Assembly (NCBI RefSeq): GCF_054888755.1
Contig: NZ_CM142673.1
Strand: one strand, 5' to 3'
DNA: 32,000 nucleotides
Below the pieces are notes generated by a model, which was given only the letters and a program-made list of their open reading frames with translations, made no database searches and was not told where the DNA came from. Shown one piece after another: positions 24,770 through 32,000 of this stretch. Position 1 is the stretch's first letter; each line of letters starts with the position of its first letter. Both the position numbers and the translations under genes were made by a program.

Positions 24770-25648
24770 ATGAATAAGTACACCATCAACGACATTACGC
24801 GCGCATCGGGCGGTTTTGCCATGCTGGCGGTCGATCAGCGCGAAGCCATGCGCATGATGTTTGCTGCGGCTGGCGCACCCGCTCCGGTAGCCGATAGCGT
24901 TTTAACTGATTTCAAAGTTAACGCGGCGAAGACCCTCTCGCCTTATGCCTCGGCGATTCTGGTAGATCAACAATTCTGTTACCGCCAGGTGGTTGAGCAA
25001 AACGCGATTGCCAAAAGTTGCGCCATGATTGTCGCCGCCGATGAGTTCATTCCTGGCAACGGTATTCCGGTAGATAGCGTGGTCATTGACCGCAAAATCA
25101 ATCCGCTACAAATCAAACAAGACGGTGGCAAAGCCTTAAAACTGCTGGTGCTGTGGCGTAGTGATGAAGATGCGCAGCAACGTCTGGATATGGTGAAAGA
25201 GTTTAACGAACTGTGCCACTCACACGGCCTGGTAAGCATTATTGAGCCAGTCGTCCGCCCACCACGTCGTGGCGATAAATTCGATCGCGAACAAGCGATC
25301 ATCGATGCTGCCAAAGAGCTGGGCGACAGTGGCGCTGACCTCTACAAAGTTGAAATGCCGCTTTACGGTAAAGGTCCGCAACAAGAGCTTCTCAGTGCTT
25401 CACAACGTCTGAATGACCATATCAATATGCCGTGGGTGATACTTTCTTCCGGTGTCGACGAAAAACTGTTCCCGCGTGCCGTACGCGTGGCAATGACAGC
25501 GGGTGCATCGGGCTTCCTGGCTGGTCGTGCCGTCTGGGCATCGGTTGTCGGTTTACCAGACAACGAGCTGATGCTGCGTGACGTTTGCGCACCGAAATTA
25601 CAACAACTTGGCGATATCGTCGACGAAATGATGGCTAAACGCCGTTAA
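24770..25648 (+). CDS. yihT: 6-deoxy-6-sulfofructose-1-phosphate aldolase YihT (292 aa)
   Basis: [37 protein letters not shown]; LacD-like class I aldolase. Confidence 0.96.
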   Translation: MNKYTINDITRASGGFAMLAVDQREAMRMMFAAAGAPAPVADSVLTDFKVNAAKTLSPYASAILVDQQFCYRQVVEQNAIAKSCAMIVAADEFIPGNGIPVDSVVIDRKINPLQIKQDGGKALKLLVLWRSDEDAQQRLDMVKEFNELCHSHGLVSIIEPVVRPPRRGDKFDREQAIIDAAKELGDSGADLYKVEMPLYGKGPQQELLSASQRLNDHINMPWVILSSGVDEKLFPRAVRVAMTAGASGFLAGRAVWASVVGLPDNELMLRDVCAPKLQQLGDIVDEMMAKRR

Positions 25649-25663
25649 GATGGGGATACAAAA

Positions 25664-26905
25664 ATGAAATGGTTTAACACCTTAAGTCACAACCGCTGGC
25701 TGGAACAGGAAACCGATCGCATCTTTGATTTTGGTAAGAATGCCGTAGTGCCGACTGGCTTTGGCTGGCTGGGCAATAAAGGGCAAATCAAAGAAGAGAT
25801 GGGCACGCATCTGTGGATCACCGCCCGTATGCTGCACGTTTATTCCGTTGCTGCGGCGATGGGCCGCCCTGGCGCTTACTCGTTGGTTGATCACGGTATC
25901 AAAGCCATGAATGGCGCACTGCGCGATAAAAAATATGGCGGCTGGTATGCCTGCGTGAATGACGAGGGCGTGGTGGATGCCTCCAAACAAGGCTATCAAC
26001 ACTTCTTTGCTCTGCTGGGTGCCGCCAGTGCCGTCACTACCGGTCACCCGGAAGCACGCAAGCTGCTCGATTACACCATTGAAATTATTGAAAAATATTT
26101 CTGGAGTGAAGAAGAGCAGATGTGCCTGGAGTCGTGGGACGAAGCCTTCAGCAAAACCGAAGAGTACCGCGGCGGCAATGCCAACATGCACGCGGTGGAA
26201 GCCTTCCTGATTGTTTATGACGTAACGCACGACAAAAAATGGCTGGATCGCGCGATTCGCGTGGCTTCCGTGATTATCCACGACGTCGCCAGAAATAATC
26301 ATTATCGCGTTAACGAGCACTTCGATACCCAGTGGAATCCGCTGCCGGATTACAACAAAGATAACCCGGCGCACCGCTTCCGCGCATTCGGTGGCACGCC
26401 GGGCCACTGGATCGAATGGGGCCGTTTAATGCTGCACATCCACGCGGCCCTGGAAGCCCGTTGTGAACAGCCGCCTGCCTGGCTGCTAGAAGATGCCAAA
26501 GGTCTATTTAACGCCACCGTGCGCGATGCCTGGGCACCCGATGGCGCGGACGGGATTGTTTATACCGTTGACTGGGAAGGCAAACCGGTGGTTCGCGAAC
26601 GTGTGCGTTGGCCTATCGTCGAAGCGATGGGTACGGCTTACGCGCTCTACACCGTCACCGGCGATCGCCAGTATGAAACCTGGTATCAGACATGGTGGGA
26701 CTACTGCATTAAGTACCTGATGGACTATGAAAATGGTTCCTGGTGGCAGGAGCTGGATGCGGACAATAAAGTCACCACGAAAGTCTGGGACGGCAAACAG
26801 GATATTTATCACCTGCTGCATTGCCTGGTGATCCCGCGTATCCCGTTAGCCCCTGGTCTGGCACCGGCTGTTGCCGCAGGCCTGCTGGACATTAACGCGA
26901 AATAA
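25664..26905 (+). CDS. yihS: Sulfoquinovose isomerase YihS (413 aa)
   Basis: AGE-family isomerase, [40 protein letters not shown]. Confidence 0.96.
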   Translation: MKWFNTLSHNRWLEQETDRIFDFGKNAVVPTGFGWLGNKGQIKEEMGTHLWITARMLHVYSVAAAMGRPGAYSLVDHGIKAMNGALRDKKYGGWYACVNDEGVVDASKQGYQHFFALLGAASAVTTGHPEARKLLDYTIEIIEKYFWSEEEQMCLESWDEAFSKTEEYRGGNANMHAVEAFLIVYDVTHDKKWLDRAIRVASVIIHDVARNNHYRVNEHFDTQWNPLPDYNKDNPAHRFRAFGGTPGHWIEWGRLMLHIHAALEARCEQPPAWLLEDAKGLFNATVRDAWAPDGADGIVYTVDWEGKPVVRERVRWPIVEAMGTAYALYTVTGDRQYETWYQTWWDYCIKYLMDYENGSWWQELDADNKVTTKVWDGKQDIYHLLHCLVIPRIPLAPGLAPAVAAGLLDINAK

Positions 26906-26912
26906 CTGAGCT

Positions 26913-26953
26913 GAAATAACGGCATATCAGGCTACATGCCGGGTATGTCGTTA
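26913..26953. terminator. Imperfect inverted repeat between yihS and yihR, possible attenuator or processing hairpin
   Basis: AATAACGGCATA ... TATGTCGTTATT, arms about 11/12 complementary. Confidence 0.5.
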
Positions 26954-26963
26954 TTCAATAAAG

Positions 26964-27875
26964 GTGCCTCGTATGCAAATCACCAACATGCATTGCAGTG
27001 GACAAACCGTTTCACTTGCCGCGGGGGATTATCACGCGACTATCGTGACGGTTGGTGCTGGTCTGGCTGAATTAACCTTTCAGGGTTGTCATTTAGTCAT
27101 CCCGCACAAACCCGAAGAGATGCCGCTGGCGCATCTGGGTAAAGTGCTTATTCCGTGGCCGAACCGGATCGCCAACGGCTGTTACCGCTATCAGGGGCAG
27201 GACTATCAGTTACCCATTAATGAACATAGTTCAAAAGCCGCTATTCACGGGCTGCTTGCCTGGCGTGACTGGCAAATTAGCGAATTAACCGCCACCAGCG
27301 TTACCCTGACAGCTTTTCTGCCGCCCAGTTACGGCTATCCGTTTATGCTGGCTTCGCAGGTTGTTTATTCGCTCAACGCTCGCACGGGCCTTTCCGTTGA
27401 GATCGCAAGCCAGAATATTGGTACTGTGACCGCACCTTATGGTGTGGGTATTCATCCTTATTTAACCTGCAACTTAACATCTGTTGATGACTATCTTTTC
27501 CAGCTTCCGGCAGAACAGGTTTATGCCGTCGATGAGCACGCAAATCCGACAACGCTTCACCACGTTGATGAGCTGAATTTAAATTTCACGCGGGCGACAA
27601 AAATAGCCGCGACAAAAATAGACCATACCTTTAAAACCGCTAATGATCTGTGGGAAATAACCATTACCCATCCACAACAGGCGCTTTCGGTGAGCCTCTG
27701 TTCCGATCAACCCTGGGTGCAGGTTTATAGCGGTGAAAAATTACAGCGTCAGGGACTGGCAGTTGAACCTATGAGTTGCCCGCCTAACGCCTTTAATTCA
27801 GGTATCGACTTATTATTACTGGAACCAGGAAAAACGCACCGCCTGTTTTTTAATATTCACGGGCAGCACAATTAA
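26964..27875 (+). CDS. yihR: Aldose-1-epimerase-like sulfoquinovose mutarotase YihR (303 aa)
   Basis: Galactose mutarotase-like, GKVLIPWPNRIANGCYRYQG and PYLT motifs. An alternative start a few codons upstream is possible. Confidence 0.93.
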   Translation: MPRMQITNMHCSGQTVSLAAGDYHATIVTVGAGLAELTFQGCHLVIPHKPEEMPLAHLGKVLIPWPNRIANGCYRYQGQDYQLPINEHSSKAAIHGLLAWRDWQISELTATSVTLTAFLPPSYGYPFMLASQVVYSLNARTGLSVEIASQNIGTVTAPYGVGIHPYLTCNLTSVDDYLFQLPAEQVYAVDEHANPTTLHHVDELNLNFTRATKIAATKIDHTFKTANDLWEITITHPQQALSVSLCSDQPWVQVYSGEKLQRQGLAVEPMSCPPNAFNSGIDLLLLEPGKTHRLFFNIHGQHN

Positions 27876-27935
27876 TTTTATTAAGAAAAGAACGAGATCA
27901 TTGTTTAGGGTTGTATTTACACAACAGGAAATATT

Positions 27936-28811
27936 ATGGACTTTTTTACGTTATTTTCGCCGGATGGGGCCATGGTGGAAACAAGCGTGGTATGTATCGT
28001 TATCGCGTTAATGTTTCTTTATACCTTTGTGGGGATATGCGCGGGATTTGGCGGTGGTTTAACCACTATGCCGCTCGTCACGTTAATGCTCCCCGTAAAA
28101 ATGGCAACTCCGCTCTCGGTGATTGTCGGCACCGCGACCGCCTTGTACGCCACCTGGCTGTCACGTAAAGAAACGGATTGGCGATCGGCAATGGTACTGA
28201 TTATTTTCTCGTTTCTGGGAATACCCGTCGGTTTATATGCGCTGTCGTATTTACCCGACCATTTTATGAAAGTGGGCTTAGGCGGATTCCTTATCCTTTA
28301 CTCGTTTTACAGCATGTTTATTCCTCGCCTGCCGATTTATGACCGTAACTGGATCGCCGCACCTATCGGCGCAGTAGCTGGCGCATTAGGCGCGGCGTTC
28401 TCAACCAACGGACCGCCGATGGTTATCTACGGTATGCTGCGTAACTTAGGCCCGGCGGCATTTCGTGGCACTCTGAACGCTTTCTTCACCGCAAACAACA
28501 TCGCGGTGATCGGCGGGCTGGCGACCAGCGGAATTTTGACTGTTTCTATCTTTAAACTGGTGCTGTTTTGTATTCCCACCATGATCCTCGGTTCACTGGT
28601 TGGACAATATGTGCATAAACGCATTTCAGTCAAAGTGTTCCGTGTGATGGTCTTTTTGTTGCTGATTGCCTCCGGTTCTATGTTGATAAAAGGCGCGCTG
28701 GGAATTCCCGCCGCTGCCGCACTTCTTCCTCCGTTTACCTTGTTAGTTATACTGCAACTGGCATTTGGTAAAAAAGTGGCGGCAATCCGCCGGGCTGAAG
28801 AAAGTAAATAA
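27936..28811 (+). CDS. TauE/SafE-family sulfite/organosulfonate exporter-like membrane protein (291 aa)
   Basis: Polytopic protein with GGLTTMPLV...T and STNGPPMVIYG...FRGTLNAFFTANN repeat-type motifs of the TauE/SafE family; sits in the yih operon. Confidence 0.85.
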   Translation: MDFFTLFSPDGAMVETSVVCIVIALMFLYTFVGICAGFGGGLTTMPLVTLMLPVKMATPLSVIVGTATALYATWLSRKETDWRSAMVLIIFSFLGIPVGLYALSYLPDHFMKVGLGGFLILYSFYSMFIPRLPIYDRNWIAAPIGAVAGALGAAFSTNGPPMVIYGMLRNLGPAAFRGTLNAFFTANNIAVIGGLATSGILTVSIFKLVLFCIPTMILGSLVGQYVHKRISVKVFRVMVFLLLIASGSMLIKGALGIPAAAALLPPFTLLVILQLAFGKKVAAIRRAEESK

Positions 28812-28818
28812 TCATTAT

Positions 28819-28840
28819 GCGGGTTTTAATTTATACCCGC
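28819..28840. repeat. 6-bp-arm inverted repeat downstream of the TauE-like gene
   Basis: GCGGGT-N10-ACCCGC, no clear T-tract. Confidence 0.45.
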
Positions 28841-28916
28841 ACACATTCTTTAATTAATGAAACCTGTAATAACAGGATGGCATGAAATATTAGTTTTATA
28901 GCTATGGAGATTATTT

Positions 28917-30953
28917 ATGGATACGCCACGCCCACAATTACCAGATTTTCAATTTCATCAGTATAACGACTGTTTTACCCTACGTTTTCAGGGCCGTCTT
29001 ATTTTAACCCATAGTAAAGATAATCCTTGTTTATCGATTGGCTCAGGTATTGCGGATATTGATATGTTCCGTGGCAATTTCAGCATTAAAGATAAATTGC
29101 AGGAGAAGATTGCGCTTACCGACGCTACCGTCAGCCAGTCATCGGATGGCTGGTTAATCCATTTCAGCCGTGGTTCTGACATTAGCGCCACGCTGCGTAT
29201 CTCTGCCGACGATCAGGGCCGTTTATTGCTGGAACTACAAAACGACAACCATCACCACAACCGCATCTGGCTGCGTCTTGCCGCACAACCAGAGGACCAT
29301 ATCTACGGCTGCGGCGAACAATTCTCCTACTTTGATCTGCGCGGCAAACCGTTCCCGCTATGGACCAGTGAACAAGGCGTTGGTCGCAACAAGCAAACCT
29401 ATGTCACCTGGCAGGCCGACTGCAAAGAGAACGCGGGCGGCGACTATTACTGGACTTTCTTCCCACAGCCTACGTTTGTCAGCACGCAGAAGTATTACTG
29501 CCATGTTGATAACAGTTGCTACATGAACTTCGACTTTAGCGCCCCGGAATACCATGAACTGGCGCTGTGGGAAGACAAAGCAACGCTGCGTTTTGAATGT
29601 GCTGATACATACATCTCCCTGCTGGAAAAATTAACTGCCCTGCTGGGACGCCAGCCAGAACTGCCCGACTGGATTTATGACGGGGTAACGCTCGGCATTC
29701 AGGGCGGGACGGAAGTGTGTCAGAAGAAACTGGACACCATGCGTAACGCGGGTGTGAAGGTTAACGGCATCTGGGCGCAGGACTGGTCCGGGATCCGTAT
29801 GACCTCTTTTGGCAAACGCGTAATGTGGAACTGGAAGTGGAACAGCGAAAACTATCCGCAACTGGACTCACGTATTAAGCAGTGGAACAAAGAGGGCGTG
29901 CAGTTCCTGGCCTATATCAACCCGTATGTAGCCAGCGATAAAGATCTCTGCGAAGAGGCGGCAAAGCGCGGTTATCTGGCAAAAGATGCCTCTGGCGGCG
30001 ACTATCTGGTGGAGTTTGGCGAGTTCTATGGCGGCGTTGTCGATCTCACCAATCCAGAAGCCTACGCCTGGTTCAAGGAAGTGATCAAAAAGAACATGAT
30101 TGAACTTGGCTGCGGCGGCTGGATGGCTGACTTCGGCGAGTATCTGCCCACCGACACGTACCTGCATAACGGCGTCAGCGCGGAGATTATGCATAACGCT
30201 TGGCCTGCGCTGTGGGCGAAATGTAACTACGAAGCCCTTGAAGAAACGGGCAAGCTCGGCGAGATCCTCTTCTTTATGCGCGCCGGTTCTACCGGTAGCC
30301 AGAAATACTCCACCATGATGTGGGCGGGTGACCAGAACGTGGACTGGAGTCTGGACGATGGCCTGGCGTCGGTTGTCCCGGCGGCGCTGTCGCTGGCAAT
30401 GACCGGACATGGTTTGCATCACAGTGACATTGGCGGTTATACCACCCTGTTTGAGATGAAGCGCAGCAAAGAGCTGCTGCTGCGCTGGTGCGATTTCAGC
30501 GCCTTCACGCCGATGATGCGCACCCACGAAGGTAACCGTCCTGGCGACAACTGGCAGTTTGACGGCGACGCGGAAACCATCGCCCATTTCGCCCGTATGA
30601 CCACCGTCTTCACCACCCTGAAACCTTATCTGAAAGAGGCCGTCGCGCTGAATGCGAAGTCCGGTCTGCCGGTCATGCGCCCGCTGTTCCTGCATTACGA
30701 AGACGATGCGCACACTTACACCCTGAAATATCAGTACCTGTTAGGTCGCGACATTCTGGTCGCTCCGGTGCATGAAGAAGGCCGTAGCGACTGGACGCTC
30801 TATCTGCCGGAGGATAACTGGGTCCATGCCTGGACGGGTGAAGCATTCCGGGGCGGGGAAGTGACCGTTAATGCGCCCATCGGCAAGCCGCCGGTCTTTT
30901 ATCGCGCCGATAGCGAATGGGCGGCACTGTTCGCGTCGTTAAAAAGCATCTAA
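28917..30953 (+). CDS. yihQ: Sulfoquinovosidase YihQ (GH31, 678 aa)
   Basis: GH31 enzyme; GGWMADFGEYLPTD (catalytic Asp region) and the WTSEQGVGRNKQTYVTW segment are present. Confidence 0.97.
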   Translation: MDTPRPQLPDFQFHQYNDCFTLRFQGRLILTHSKDNPCLSIGSGIADIDMFRGNFSIKDKLQEKIALTDATVSQSSDGWLIHFSRGSDISATLRISADDQGRLLLELQNDNHHHNRIWLRLAAQPEDHIYGCGEQFSYFDLRGKPFPLWTSEQGVGRNKQTYVTWQADCKENAGGDYYWTFFPQPTFVSTQKYYCHVDNSCYMNFDFSAPEYHELALWEDKATLRFECADTYISLLEKLTALLGRQPELPDWIYDGVTLGIQGGTEVCQKKLDTMRNAGVKVNGIWAQDWSGIRMTSFGKRVMWNWKWNSENYPQLDSRIKQWNKEGVQFLAYINPYVASDKDLCEEAAKRGYLAKDASGGDYLVEFGEFYGGVVDLTNPEAYAWFKEVIKKNMIELGCGGWMADFGEYLPTDTYLHNGVSAEIMHNAWPALWAKCNYEALEETGKLGEILFFMRAGSTGSQKYSTMMWAGDQNVDWSLDDGLASVVPAALSLAMTGHGLHHSDIGGYTTLFEMKRSKELLLRWCDFSAFTPMMRTHEGNRPGDNWQFDGDAETIAHFARMTTVFTTLKPYLKEAVALNAKSGLPVMRPLFLHYEDDAHTYTLKYQYLLGRDILVAPVHEEGRSDWTLYLPEDNWVHAWTGEAFRGGEVTVNAPIGKPPVFYRADSEWAALFASLKSI

Positions 30954-30998
30954 TCACGTCCGCCCGTGGGGAAACTCACGGGCAAAGGGAGAACAACG

Positions 30999-32000
30999 AT
31001 GAGTCACATCACAACGGAAGATCCGGCTACTTTACGTCTGCCCTTTAAAGAGAAACTCTCTTACGGTATCGGCGATCTGGCCTCTAACATCCTGCTGGAT
31101 ATCGGCACGCTTTATCTTTTGAAGTTTTATACCGACGTTCTGGGGCTGCCCGGCACCTATGGCGGCATTATCTTTTTGATTTCGAAATTCTTTACCGCCT
31201 TTACCGATATGGGTACCGGCATCATGCTCGATTCCCGGCGCAAGATCGGTCCAAAAGGCAAATTCCGCCCTTTTATTCTGTATGCATCATTCCCGGTCAC
31301 CCTGCTGGCGATCGCTAACTTTGTCGGCACACCGTTTGATGTCACCGGTAAAACGGTGATGGCCACTATTCTGTTTATGCTCTACGGGCTGTTTTTCAGC
31401 ATGATGAACTGCTCCTACGGCGCAATGGTCCCCGCTATTACCAAAAACCCCAACGAACGCGCATCGCTGGCAGCATGGCGTCAGGGTGGCGCTACATTGG
31501 GCTTACTGCTGTGTACGGTGGGATTCGTGCCGGTTATGAATCTTATCGAAGGTAATCAGCAAATTGGCTATATCTTCGCTGCCACGCTGTTTTCACTGTT
31601 CGGCCTGCTGTTTATGTGGATCTGCTACTCGGGCGTGAAAGAGCGTTATGTCGAAACCCAACCTGCTAATCCGGCGCAAAAGCCTGGCCTGTTGCAATCT
31701 TTCCGCGCAATTGCCGGTAACCGCCCGCTGTTCATTCTGTGCATTGCCAACCTCTGCACTTTAGGGGCGTTTAACGTCAAGCTCGCCATCCAGGTCTATT
31801 ACACCCAGTACGTACTTAACGATCCCATCCTGTTGTCGTATATGGGATTTTTCAGCATGGGCTGTATTTTCATCGGCGTGTTCCTGATGCCTGGCGCAGT
31901 CAGACGTTTTGGTAAGAAGAAGGTCTATATCGGCGGCCTGCTGATTTGGGTGCTGGGCGATCTGCTCAACTATTTCTTCGGCGGCGGCTCGGTCAGCTTT
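30999..32000 (+). CDS. yihP: GPH-family MFS sulfonate/sulfoquinovose transporter YihP (3' end outside window)
   Basis: Translated from ATG at 30999: MSHITTEDPATLRLPFKEKLSYGIGDLASNILLDIGTLYLLKFYTDVLGLPGTYGG; open to window edge. Confidence 0.93.
   Translation, partial: MSHITTEDPATLRLPFKEKLSYGIGDLASNILLDIGTLYLLKFYTDVLGLPGTYGGIIFLISKFFTAFTDMGTGIMLDSRRKIGPKGKFRPFILYASFPVTLLAIANFVGTPFDVTGKTVMATILFMLYGLFFSMMNCSYGAMVPAITKNPNERASLAAWRQGGATLGLLLCTVGFVPVMNLIEGNQQIGYIFAATLFSLFGLLFMWICYSGVKERYVETQPANPAQKPGLLQSFRAIAGNRPLFILCIANLCTLGAFNVKLAIQVYYTQYVLNDPILLSYMGFFSMGCIFIGVFLMPGAVRRFGKKKVYIGGLLIWVLGDLLNYFFGGGSVSF

Noticed and set aside
27911-28168. 85-aa plus-strand ORF MYLHNRKYYGLFY...
   Set aside because: Out-of-frame overlap with the TauE/SafE-like gene, whose translation is clearly membrane-protein-like.
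29868-30713. 281-aa minus-strand ORF opposite yihQ
   Set aside because: Fully antisense to the conserved GH31 coding sequence; low-complexity His/Arg/Gln-rich translation typical of shadow ORFs in GC-rich genes.

Overview
The window is a chromosomal segment of an Escherichia coli-like genome, in reverse orientation relative to the K-12 map. The backbone runs rhaT(partial)-rhaR-rhaS-rhaBAD-rhaM, a carbohydrate-type porin gene where K-12 carries frvABXR, a decayed yiiG, fdhD, fdoGHI-fdhE, a small RHH gene (yiiE/yiiF), an AT-rich island of about 3 kb, yiiD-dtd-rbn(yihY)-yihX, and the sulfoquinovose locus yihW/yihV <-> yihU-yihT-yihS-yihR-[extra TauE/SafE-like exporter]-yihQ-yihP(partial). Three accessory features stand out. 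(1) A 604-aa minus-strand ORF (16754..18568) has a SopB/IpgD-like CX5R phosphatase signature (CKSAKDRT) and looks like an orphan effector-type inositol phosphate phosphatase. (2) A TauE/SafE-family anion exporter gene lies between yihR and yihQ, inside the sulfoquinovose operon. (3) A 464-aa coiled-coil plus beta-barrel porin gene lies next to the rhamnose operon. Also visible are the in-frame UGA (Sec) of fdoG with its SECIS hairpin, at least three lesions in yiiG, an imperfect 41-bp direct repeat flanking the small RHH gene, and shared motifs in the two yihW-associated promoter regions. All family and K-12 comparisons are from memory; no database search was run.
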